Of a stretch of 64,000 nt of DNA, positions 56,401 to 63,259 are shown piece by piece (the first letter of the stretch is position 1; every line of letters begins with the position of its first letter). The notes under the pieces are model-generated. The model was not told where the DNA came from. It saw only the letters and a list, made by a program, of their open reading frames with translations, and made no database searches. This DNA comes from Girardia tigrina (taxonomy: Eukaryota), in NCBI GenBank assembly GCA_001938485.1, contig MQRK01221314.1:20675-84674 (forward strand), read 5' to 3'. A program made the position numbers and the translations under genes.

Positions 56401-59400
56401 CAATTTTATCCTCATGTGACTTCATAAAGATTGATGCCAAATTTGGAGCTAAGGGGGAACCTATTGCGACACCGTCTTTTTGAATGTAAAATTCATCATT
56501 AAAAAGAAACGGTACATTTTTGGTAAAAAAATTAAGAAGTTCTTTCAGTGCTTGCTTGTTTATTATTTTATTCAGAGTTAGAGTTGTCATCCCATAATCG
56601 TTTACACAAATCGATGCTTTCATCGATGGGTAAATTCGTGAATAAACTGGAAACGTCAAATGAGACCATCTACATTGACTTCAGTCTTTATGAATTCACT
56701 TGAGGAAAGAATTTTATTTAAGGGCAAATGAAAATGTCGAAAACTTCCCTGGTTAATTTTTGACATTAACACAGGAGTTATTTGAAATTGTAGACATAAA
56801 ATCGTATAAAGCAATCTTTCTCAAACGTATTTCACCCATCGCCCTCTTTATGAGCACCATTTTTCTTAATGTCACCACCCATAATATTTATCAGGTTCTT
56901 TCGCCAAAAGTGGCCTTTTTAACCTGAGTGACTTTTAAACTACACTTGAGCCATATCTAAAATAATTATGCTTAATATTTCATTTGTTCTTACCTTTCCG
57001 GGATTGAAACCCAATTATATGTTCGTAAAAGATAGAACAAGAGAAATACAAATATAAGAATTTATTTTGCAACGACAGCTAATAATAACAATGAAAACTC
57101 AAATAGATTGGTGGCCATCCATGGGGCGATATAGCCTACTTAGAGAAACACTGGTATAAAGTAATAACAAGTAATACAAAATAAATTACCTTCTGAGTAG
57201 ATATTGTACTTTTAACTTATGATATTGGTAATTTATTCATCGTTACAAAAATAACTTTAACTGCTGAAAAATTCAAATATGTTAACTTAGACTGCTGAAA
57301 TGTTATATCCTGTGAATACCAAGGACCAGGAGTATACTTGCGTGAGCATTCACGCATCTGCTGATTACAGATACGCATACTGCCACATGAGACATAACTA
57401 TTTTAATGAGCACAATTTGGTTGAATTACAGGTACTGTTCACATTCGTAGATATTCATTCTTTATACATAGTCTTAGGTATGGGAGGTAAAAGACACTTG
57501 GAATCTTATATGCCGACCGCCAAATGTAAAATTCGATTTTTCAGTTTCTGTGCCTGGGTCTTCATCTCATTGTTTATTAGTCAATTGTTATTTATCTTCC
57601 ATTTTTATGTGGAATCTTGAGTCCTCTTCCATTATCCAGAAGATTACACTAGATTCCATACGCACTCTTGACTTAAACTCAATCACAGTATCTCAAAACT
57701 CGGAATTAATATTAATTAATGATGCAAATCTATTTCAAGTAATATCCCCTGAGACCGACTCAAGTCCCTTAGAAATCAAATTGTACAATTTTCCGGTTCC
57801 AGATGAATGCCAACAGGTTCTATCGGTACAACAATCAAATTTCCTCATATGTATTTCTTATTCTTTTATTCTATTATATTATTTTGTTTATTTCATTCTG
57901 AAAATATTAAATGTGTTTTTTGATTTATTATTAAGAATATTATGGATTTCAAGCAAGTGTTTATTCTATTCAAATCTTTTGAGGAAAAACTTTGAATTTC
58001 TACCCCATACAAGTGGTTGGATTAATCTCGGGTCAGAGACTCTAATTTTCCTGTATCTTTATCAAATAACTTTACTCTGTGGTTATGTTATCAATACGTC
58101 GTCATTGACAGATTGATCGTTCTTTCCTGATTCAATTGGTGGTGGTATATGGTCCTTCTTAATTCCGTTAACGAACACATCAATCTGCTGCTAAATAGAA
58201 CATTTGGTTTTAATGGCAAATTCTGACTTCTTAGAAGAATAAATAGCGTTTAGTAAAATGAAATGCAACATAAATAGGACTATGATGTGCTTAGATGTCC
58301 TACAAAAACAGAACAAGCGAGTTTTATTTCTGGTTAAACGGCCAGTAACTTGTTGAATCACTGTCGTGTCAGGAATAGTAGATTGAAATTATACCACATG
58401 AACAAAGAAGTTCTAGTAAAGGCAATTCATTAGCTAGCTTTCATTGCGTCAATGTCACTGTACAATCAATGGTTTCTTGTATCAGCGAGATCTTTGGATA
58501 CTGATCTAGAAGTGATAAATTTTCTATAATAAGGAAATGGCAATCAAATTTTATTATTTAGATAAATTAAAAGTTGTAACAATTAAAAAACTCGCTATAA
58601 AATTTGTAGTGACTGATATTCGGATGCTAATTTTAGAATACAGATATCCTACCGCATGAGATCTTATCACATGAGTAATCTTTCTCAATAAAGTATTTAA
58701 GGGGTCATCCTTAGTCCCGCGTTACATTTAATGTTTCTTTCAATTATTAAAAAGAAGCTTAAAAACGTTTTTGTGTTTGTATCAACTATTTGGCTAGTGG
58801 ACACAATTAAAAATTAATTAAAATTAATGATAACTTGTTCTAATAATCAGGGTTTTAAAAAATCAAAAAGACAGAAATTCGAATTATTAGGAAGTATGAG
58901 TTCCTATTTAGAACCATATCATCAGAAACCATGTAAAATATCAAAAGTGTGTTCGGAGACAATGCTACTATGCAGCAGATAGCCTCAATTTGTTCAGAAA
59001 ATTCTGGAAAGACAATTTTAACCTCAAAAATGAGTCTCAGGGTCGGTCAGGAACGCAGGTAGACAATGACGAGCTGAAGGTAACTGAAGAGCAAGATCCA
59101 CCACAAAGTGTTTATGATATTTCGTTAAAGTTAGTTGTTTCAAAACAAAAAATATTGAGTCACTTGGCTGAAATTATAAAAGTGAAAAAGTTGGATAAGG
59201 GGAATTCACATGAGTGGAGTGAAAAAGCAGAAACAAAAAAGTTGGCATTCTTGCTTGATGATACTTTCTCTTTATAAATGTGAACATGTTTTTAATCTGA
59301 TTGTCACTTATGATTAAAAAGGAATATAATATGATAATTTTTAAAGTTCAGTAAGCTGGATGGACATGAATTAAGAACCAAAATATCACTAGAAGCTGAT

Positions 59401-60590
59401 TGTATGTATTTTGTAGTTTGCTGCAGATGTAATTCATTGAGACTTCACAAAACCTGGTTCGTCGATCATAGCAGATGTCTACTACAACAAAATCGAAAAT
59501 ATGATGTGGAAACTCAAAGAAAATAACCGAGGTTGGTAAACAGGTCTACTCTCATCTTGCTCTGCAACAATTCAAAGCAAGATATTGCACTCAAGACGTG
59601 ATAAAGCTACAGGAATTCATACTCATCAGACCTATCTTCAACTTACTATCATGTTTTCCTCAATTTAAACCACTTTTGTAAGCAAAAAAATCAATTTCGA
59701 AGATGCTGTAAAAATGGCCATCCAGGCATTTATAGATTCTCATCCAAACAAATTTTATTCGAATGGCCTCAATAAGCTGTCGCTCAAATCGCAAAAAATA
59801 TGTTGCTAATATAAATGCATACTTTGATGAATGACATAAATATTTGTAATAATAAATTATCAATAAACTTTGATTTTAGTTCTACGAATTTCATATTTGA
59901 CAACCTAATATATATATATATATNNNNNNNNNNNNNNNNNNNNNNNNNNNNNNNNNNNNNNNNNNNNNNNNNNATATATATATATATATATATATATCAT
60001 AACAGTCTTTTAATTATTCATTAATTATATAAAAGGTTGATTAATATGATAAATATTTTATAAAGTAACCGAATCTCAAGACGTATACCTCTTTGATGCC
60101 AGGAATCAAAGTCTCACAAGAAGAGCGAGTGAATGGAAAATAGTATTGGTCAGTAAGGTTGATCTGAAAAACAGAACCCAGCTGGCTTTGGGAACAAATA
60201 CCGGAGAGATTTATTTCACTAATGACATCAGCAGAAATCAACATTCTATTCTCGGTCCGAAAAACAAGAGCCCGGTTTCTTATTTGTCAGTAAATTAATC
60301 TCATTAAAAGATAATTATTTCAGATCATCTGTGTTCAATTTTCTTCTGACGGCAGTTTCCTGTGCGCAGGGTATGAGAACAATATGATACATGTTTGGAG
60401 AATCAGGCCTGGCATTTCCATCTGCCATTTCCATGCGATCCACGAATCCGGGATTCTCAATGGACTGCATTTCAATGGCGATGCTACATTTATCATCGCC
60501 TCCTTCGTAATTTTCGGATCGTCACAAAATTCCCAAAACAAAATCGTTTTAAAATTAATTGACAGACAAAAAAATCAAAGATTGGCATAA
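2827..60590 (+). CDS. Multi-exon neurexin/CASPR-like LamG-EGF single-pass receptor with probable cytoplasmic WD40 region (whole-gene span, 31 exons, about 2990 aa; about 2665 aa if it ends at 54018)
   Basis: Manual splicing with all junctions GT-AG and phase-compatible: 2827-3523, 6686-6886, 8349-9284, 9315-9389, 9473-10078, 11694-12308, 12355-13211, 22515-22655, 22706-22870, 25353-25651, 30117-30285, 33370-33557, 33588-33910, 38369-38574, 38620-38722, 38771-39577, 40881-41498, 41540-41706, 43730-43892, 43947-43979, 47171-47242, 51468-51596, 51645-51761, 51808-51833, 53643-53755, 53804-53927, 57079-57153, 57324-57431, 57478-57850, 60066-60274, 60324-60590. Domains run continuously across junctions. 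The link beyond 53927 is less certain. Confidence 0.75.
6686..6886 (+). CDS. Exon 2: start of first LamG-like/pentraxin-type repeat
   Basis: TTTAG acceptor; open frame DNEVFYKFD...GIFGQSLKM...[11 protein letters not shown]; donor GTAGG; joins exon 3 (DIYYQFWMK). Not in the ORF track. Confidence 0.85.
7000..7700 (-). mobile_element. Degenerate IS630/Tc1-like transposase remnant
   Basis: [29 protein letters not shown] resembles the HTH of IS630-Tc1 transposases; remainder disrupted. Confidence 0.4.
8349..10078 (+). CDS. Exons 3-5: LamG-like jellyroll repeats A-C
   Basis: ORFs 8336-9307 and 9403-10224; introns 9285-9314 (30 nt) and 9390-9472; motif [20 protein letters not shown]...KWCLIEL...YIDEILL. 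Confidence 0.88.
10805..10847 (+). ncRNA. Minimal hammerhead ribozyme motif (Penelope-type)
   Basis: CTGATGA-T-GTTCT(GATA)AGAAC-GAAACATGTC; palindromic stem III ACATGT; GUC triplet; stem I weak. Confidence 0.6.
10930..11538 (+). mobile_element. Internally deleted Tc1-like element in a (TA)n tract
   Basis: TIRs (C)AGTCAGGTGCAAAAGTTTGTGAAC / GTTCACAAATTTTTGCACCTGACTG; ORF 11099-11497 has paired-like HTH and RSGRPR motif but no DDE domain. Confidence 0.9.
11694..13211 (+). CDS. Exons 6-7: LamG-like repeats D-E and start of a neurexin-type LamG
   Basis: ORFs 11840-12388 and 12246-13412 joined by a 46-nt intron (12309-12354); [42 protein letters not shown]. Confidence 0.88.
13270..13900 (-). mobile_element. 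Degenerate Tc1-like DDE remnant
   Basis: Fragments resembling VLFSDE and IWxCISxxGxG on the - strand with many stops and frameshifts. Confidence 0.35.
16335..16884 (+). pseudogene. 28S (LSU) rRNA gene fragment
   Basis: Conserved LSU blocks ACGGACCAAGG, GACCCGAAAGATGGTGAACTATGC, GCGAAAGACTAATCGAACCATCTAGTAGCTGGTTCC, GGGCCATTTTTGGTAAGCAGAACTGGCG; about 550 bp, intronic. Confidence 0.95.
17094..18352 (-). mobile_element. Full-length mariner element with frameshifted transposase (mellifera-subfamily-like)
   Basis: About 30-bp TIRs, TA on both flanks, 1259 bp; motifs CVPHQL (WVPHEL), [23 protein letters not shown] over three ORFs. Confidence 0.95.
20182..20631 (+). pseudogene. 18S (SSU) rRNA gene fragment, 3' half
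   Basis: GGTGGTGCATGGCCGTTCTTAGTTGGTGGAGCGATTTGTC, GCAATAACAGGTCTG, GCACGCGCGCTAC, CTTTGTACACACCGCCCGTC. Confidence 0.96.
20900..21705 (+). mobile_element. hATm-like transposase remnant
   Basis: [45 protein letters not shown] match the HWDGKL / FDTTASNTG / LACRHHxxEL pattern; several stops. Confidence 0.7.
21706..22410. repeat. Non-autonomous repeat with (CTGT/TTGT)n microsatellite and internal ~60-bp duplication, possibly Helitron/HINE-like
   Basis: TCTGTTTGTCTGTTTGTCTG near the start; unit TTTTATACAGG..GCTTCCGATGACAATACAAT at about 21812 and 21972; spans an N gap. Confidence 0.4.
22515..22870 (+). CDS. Exons 8-9: LamG domain
   Basis: [10 protein letters not shown]...HQKSGK, 50-nt intron 22656-22705, then NVYFGGY...SFVGVIYK; donors GTAAGC and GTGAGA. 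Confidence 0.85.
23005..24799 (-). mobile_element. TIR DNA transposon (Tc1/mariner superfamily-like), decayed, with nested solo LTR
   Basis: Inverted termini GGG..CCAAAAA(T)GCGGCGCTTTT with TA on both flanks; weak DDE-like remnants on the - strand. Confidence 0.6.
23625..24351 (+). mobile_element. Solo LTR (TGTGAGGAATAT family)
   Basis: TG...CA ends; perfect 5-bp TSD ACCAC (23620-23624 / 24352-24356). Confidence 0.85.
25353..25651 (+). CDS. Exon 10: LamG linker and start of next LamG
   Basis: [19 protein letters not shown] motif; phase 0 in, phase 2 out. Confidence 0.85.
26040..26168. repeat. Short inverted repeat derived from a Penelope-like element 3' end
   Basis: About 40-bp arms; encodes [13 protein letters not shown], similar to the GIY-YIG tail at 28690. 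Confidence 0.55.
27150..27390 (+). mobile_element. Gypsy integrase C-terminus, polypurine tract and LTR start
   Basis: PYEGPFEVI...ISVDRLKP (GPY/F module); PPT GAGGGGGAG at 27371-27379; TGTAG at 27383. Confidence 0.8.
27982..28025 (-). ncRNA. Minimal hammerhead ribozyme
   Basis: Reverse strand CTGATGA-T-GACGG(TTAAA)CCGTC-GAAATTAATA. Confidence 0.7.
28810..28854 (+). ncRNA. Minimal type I hammerhead ribozyme
   Basis: Stem I TTTGTT/AACAAA; core CTGATGA; stem II GACGG/CCGTC; GAAA; palindromic stem III ATTAAT. Confidence 0.85.
29300..29530 (-). pseudogene. Fragment of a mitochondrial seryl-tRNA synthetase-like (SARS2/SLIMP-type) gene
   Basis: [46 protein letters not shown] matches the class II SerRS motif-1 region; rest of the gene not found in the window. 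Confidence 0.75.
30117..30285 (+). CDS. Exon 11: LamG middle strands
   Basis: TTTCAG acceptor; [17 protein letters not shown]; phase 2 in, phase 0 out. Confidence 0.85.
31880..32770 (+). pseudogene. Ulp1/SENP (C48) cysteine protease domain remnant, probably transposon-derived
   Basis: One frame across 31978-32670 with an internal TGA: [19 protein letters not shown]...WIDPLG, then PLQDNPADC; possible decayed Zn finger upstream. Confidence 0.7.
32930..33245 (-). repeat. Partial copy of the TGTGAGGAATAT solo-LTR family
   Basis: Reverse complement of 37470-37760 (GATTGTGTCTCTCCTAATCAGATGGATGAT). Confidence 0.7.
33370..33910 (+). CDS. Exons 12-13: LamG end and EGF-like module
   Basis: [13 protein letters not shown]; intron 33558-33587 (alternative in-frame acceptor 33602); [11 protein letters not shown]...YKCNC...KPCSE. 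Confidence 0.85.
36054..38093 (+). mobile_element. Decayed mariner element with two nested insertions
   Basis: TIRs TTAGGTTGTCAAGTGTGAAATTTGTAG / CTACAAGTTTCATACTTGCGACCTAA; TA flanks; [21 protein letters not shown] motifs; inserts at about 36830-37130 and 37451-37918. Confidence 0.88.
37451..37918 (+). mobile_element. Solo LTR (TGTGAGGAATAT family) nested in mariner
   Basis: TG...CA ends; TSD TTATA (37446-37450 / 37919-37923); mariner sequence resumes on both sides. Confidence 0.85.
38369..39577 (+). CDS. Exons 14-16: two LamG domains
   Basis: Introns 38575-38619 and 38723-38770; [11 protein letters not shown]; [12 protein letters not shown]; IGCLQTF; FGKC. Confidence 0.88.
40881..41706 (+). 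CDS. Exons 17-18: five tandem EGF repeats and start of last LamG
   Basis: Repeated CxNxGxC...CxCxxTxFxGxxC; 41-nt intron 41499-41539. Confidence 0.92.
41894..43102 (+). mobile_element. Decayed mariner-like element
   Basis: Imperfect TIRs with TA flanks, about 1.2 kb; LHDYAPV (HDNAPxH) and [13 protein letters not shown] motifs. Confidence 0.75.
43730..43979 (+). CDS. Exons 19-20: last LamG middle plus 33-nt microexon
   Basis: NQKQLWLHY...KILLY; 54-nt intron with CTAAC branch point and TTCAG; microexon 43947-43979 ([11 protein letters not shown]), donor GTACGT. Confidence 0.75.
45661..46781 (+). mobile_element. MULE-like remnant
   Basis: GGATC...GATCC termini; subterminal ACAAAAC repeats; weak similarity to a MULE transposase C-terminus at 46300-46700; follows a TGTGAGGAATAT start at 45642. 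Confidence 0.35.
47171..47242 (+). CDS. Exon 21: last LamG C-terminal strands
   Basis: [24 protein letters not shown]; TTTTAG acceptor and CAG|GTAAAT donor. Confidence 0.85.
47398..47464. repeat. Compound (TA)n(GT)n microsatellite
   Basis: Direct reading; other (TA)n tracts at 7741-7779, 10902-10930, 11539-11680, 40217-40243, 59909-59997. Confidence 0.95.
49893..50768. mobile_element. LTR-like TG..CA element carrying a host gene fragment
   Basis: Ends TGTGAAA / TTTTACA; perfect TSD ATAAG (49888-49892 / 50769-50773); contains a 71-nt N gap. Confidence 0.7.
50105..50420 (+). pseudogene. FERM N-terminal domain fragment (FARP/CDEP or band 4.1-like)
   Basis: [51 protein letters not shown]; the conserved VKF(Y/F)xPDP segment is missing. 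Confidence 0.85.
51468..51833 (+). CDS. Exons 22-24: LamG end, transmembrane helix, juxtamembrane segment
   Basis: [12 protein letters not shown]; [25 protein letters not shown] followed by basic RSRR; introns 51597-51644 and 51762-51807. Confidence 0.82.
52620..53320 (+). mobile_element. Gypsy integrase remnant
   Basis: [39 protein letters not shown] (DDE core), GPA-like tail; frameshifted. Confidence 0.85.
53643..53927 (+). CDS. Exons 25-26: cytoplasmic region, first propeller-like strands
   Basis: [24 protein letters not shown]...; 48-nt intron 53756-53803; [10 protein letters not shown]...[12 protein letters not shown]; phases 0/2/0 compatible. Confidence 0.72.
53971..54018 (+). CDS. 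Candidate alternative terminal exon ([15 protein letters not shown])
   Basis: 43-nt intron-like segment 53928-53970 with T-tract and GACAG; in frame; ends in TGA. Confidence 0.35.
   Translation, partial: FIRPNHADIYIENMI
54040..54082 (-). ncRNA. Minimal hammerhead ribozyme (second, less complete copy at 54870-54908)
   Basis: Reverse strand TATTG-CTGATGA-T-GACGT..ACATT-GAAACATGTT-CAATA; stem I TATTG/CAATA; stem II has a mismatch. Confidence 0.7.
55312..55715. mobile_element. About 400-bp non-coding insertion splitting the GIY-YIG motif
   Basis: TSD CTCTCTAA (55304-55311 / 55716-55723); removing it restores SY(I)REINxHLKTR. Confidence 0.8.
57079..57850 (+). CDS. Exons 27-29: WD40-like repeats
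   Basis: 57079-57153 (less certain); 57324-57431 ([14 protein letters not shown]...VELQ); 46-nt intron; VWEV...[16 protein letters not shown]...[10 protein letters not shown]. Confidence 0.7.
58104..58582 (+). pseudogene. Strongly decayed 18S rRNA fragment
   Basis: Colinear with 20215-20631 (ATTGACAGATTGAT, GACTTCTTAGA.GAATAAATAGCGTTTAG, GAATCACTGTCGTGTCAGGAATAGT) and extends to AAAGTTGTAACAA; AT-shifted, with deletions. Confidence 0.85.
58730..59908 (+). mobile_element. Decayed mariner, same family as 36054-38093, left TIR lost
   Basis: Colinear homology to 36130-38093; right TIR CTACGAATTTCATATTTGACAACCTAA followed by TA. Confidence 0.85.
60066..60590 (+). CDS. Exons 30-31: C-terminal WD40 repeats and stop
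   Basis: [13 protein letters not shown]; [29 protein letters not shown] is a canonical WD40 blade; TAA at 60588-60590; AATAAA about 40 nt downstream. Confidence 0.85.
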
Positions 60591-60751
60591 ATAATATATT
60601 ATTTTAATTGATGTTATATTTTTTTTACTAATAAAATATTATTTGTTTTTTTTCGATGTAACTCTGCTACTTTATATTATATTTTCCTTTCGTTTTATAT
60701 AACATTAAATATTTTTTCTAATTTTATTTTAATTTAATGAATTGTTCTTTA

Positions 60752-60962
60752 TTAAGTTAGCAGATTGTTCTTTATTAAGTTAAGTTTCTGAAATTGGAAA
60801 TCGTTGGGATCATTTAAGTAACAATTGCTAGCGTAATACAAATAGGAAGATTTAACCTCATTATTAAGAACATTAATACCATTACCAATACTTTTATTGA
60901 CATCGCAACTCAAATTGATTCCAGTACAATTCTCCACAAAACCTTCGTAGTTAGACATCGTT
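60752..60962 (-). CDS. Possible terminal exon of a convergent neighbouring gene, product unknown
   Basis: Open frame of about 70 codons to a stop, preceded on the - strand by T-tract and TTTAG; no recognisable domain. Confidence 0.3.
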
Positions 60963-61009
60963 CTAAATTTATAATTTTTAAATTCTATTTCTAAACCTCT
61001 AATTATTCG

Positions 61010-61751
61010 TGTGAGGAATATTTTGAATGTTTGATGTTTTGTGTTTGAATGTGTATGTTGATTTGGAAATGTATCTCTCCTACCCAGATGGATGATTAAT
61101 ATTTGAATTCTTATTATCTAAAAATATGTAATGTTTAAATTTATTTTTAATTTCAAATAATGGTAAAATTTTAAATAATTTAATTAGTTTTTACAATTTT
61201 TAATAAATAAATCAAATTAATATTTTTTAAAAACAAATAAACGCCATTTAAAAATATATTTTAGGATAATATATTTCGACGGTTTAACCGTCATCATCAG
61301 ATCACTGATTATGTTCTTTTTTATTGCTTTTATATAAGAAAAGGATGGTTATGTAATCACTTACGTAAGTCTAATCGAAAACTCTTAACAAATTAGTTGA
61401 GAGTGCTGTTTGAACATTGATTTTAGAAATTGATTGTCGAAATATATTATCCTAAAATATATTTTTAAATGGCGTTTATTTGTTTTTAATAAAAAATTGC
61501 CATCTTTTTTCAAGTTTATTAATATTTTTTAAATAATTAATAATCATTTTAATTATTATCCAATAAGTTTTAAGTAAATATTTTATTAAAATATTTATTT
61601 CTCCATTTGCTAAAAAAATAATAAGAATTAATTCATTAATCAATTTAGTTTAGAATGCAAATGTACGAAAGTTTTGACAAAGATTGTCTTAAGGACAATC
61701 AAAATTGTTGTTTAAATAAAAATATGAAAAGTCAAATTGGTGTTCTTATTA
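61010..61751 (+). mobile_element. Solo LTR (TGTGAGGAATAT family) with nested Penelope fragment
   Basis: Close match to 23625-23980; TSD ATTCG (61005-61009 / 61752-61756); 3' CA read as TA; inverted PLE piece at 61229-61487. Confidence 0.75.
61265..61303 (-). ncRNA. Minimal hammerhead ribozyme
   Basis: Reverse strand GAT-CTGATGA-T-GACGG(TTAAA)CCGTC-GAAATATATT-ATC. Confidence 0.72.
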
Positions 61752-62499
61752 ATTCGAACAAATTTAAATTTTAATTCCTTACTAAAATATTTTCTAATTA
61801 TTTTCAAAATATTTTAATTTATTTAAAATACCTGATTTATGATTAAATATTTTTTGCGTTACGAGCCACTATTAAAATATTTAAAATCACTTTCAAATAT
61901 TTAAAAATTTAATGTATTTTGATTAAAATATTATTATATATTTATTGATTAAAATATAATAGTTTAATGTTAAAGTTGTAAAAAAATTTTCCGAATAATC
62001 CGACGGTTGAAACATTTAAAATATCAATCTTCCATTTGGTAACAGAAACACAATCCTAAAACAACATATCATACACAATAAACAATAAACACCATTCGAA
62101 AATATTCATCATACTTATCATTGAAAGTATTTGCTTATTATTCAATTTGTTAATTTTTTTCTGTAAAACTTTGGAAGGATTATGTGCAATCTTCTTACGA
62201 ACTGGCGCTTAACTTTTAAATATGATAAATAAAAGATAAAGCCATTATTGGCAACAGCACAATATGCGTGAACACATTTATTCACAACACAAACAGAATC
62301 ATTTTCAGTCGCACTTTCTGCTGGAAACATCGTTCTTGATTGATAATCAGCCTCCCACGATTGTTACGGATAACTGTGTATTATAAATAATAATCCGCAT
62401 TGGTGCACAGGTTAGTGAATCATAGAATCTTTATCGGATAGAAATCATTTGACAAATACAAAGTTTTCTGATACTCTCGCATGGCTTCAGATGCAAGAG

Positions 62500-63240
62500 T
62501 GTTAGCTTTCAATGCACTGGCATGCTTCGGCTTCCCTCTGAGAAAGGATCATTCATGTTCCTTCGCTCAATCATTCTGGAGACTTTTGACTGTATAAATG
62601 CACTTAGTGCAATGGGGAAATGGGCAATGAAACATTCCCTTATCTGTAATATTATCCAGCCGAAAATTCAGCACCATACTATGGATTACTCTTGGAAAGT
62701 TCTCATCAGTTACATCAACAGACAATGGTATATCATGTTCCGTGTTCAAGTTCAAAAGTCCAGTACATCTTTCTGTCTCTTCTCTTTGTACTACTTCGAT
62801 GTTCATATACCATGACCTTGGATTCGATGATCAATTAATGAATGTCGCTGTAGCCATCCATTAGTTTTATTACTTTTGTCGTAGTTCTTTATGCGACATA
62901 TGAATGAAGGACCACCTCTGTGTCGTCGGCGCCGTGGTCAGATGCACATTCTTAATGTGTCTTGTGAGTCATTTTGCTCAGAAAATTCTTTAAAGCAAGA
63001 AGGGAATGTGCAAGCTAATAGTTTGATGCGTGGCTGAATTATTTTCGGATATTCTTTCTCGTGTTCGATTTCCTCTTTCAGTCACTCAGATATGGTTCTT
63101 TTGATCAGGTGTTTAAATTCCTCATCATTGGCGAGAAGCCCTCTTTCGTTTAGATTTTCCCTGTATTCTGCTAAATCTGCCGGATCGTTTAATATCCAGA
63201 GCACATCGCCAGTAATGCGTTCTCTCATCAGTTACTTTTT
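62500..63240 (-). pseudogene. Disrupted ORF with three spaced C2H2 zinc fingers, possibly the N-terminus of an R2/NeSL-type retroelement
   Basis: CTFPSCFKEF..LTRHIKNVH; FICRIKN(Y)DKS..GWLQRH..DH; FHCPFPHCTK...EH; stops and frameshifts. Confidence 0.55.
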
Positions 63241-63259
63241 ACGACCACAGTCCATTTAG

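Larger units (their letters stand above)
54040..56880 (-). mobile_element. Penelope-like retroelement (RT and GIY-YIG, pseudogenised) with duplicated 3' end
   Basis: [37 protein letters not shown] (RT); [29 protein letters not shown]...[16 protein letters not shown] (GIY-YIG); 54045-54707 duplicates 54873-55525. Confidence 0.9.

Noticed and set aside
63190-63232. Hammerhead-like CTGATGA plus hairpin on the minus strand
   Set aside because: No GAAA box after stem II; lies within a coding-like frame
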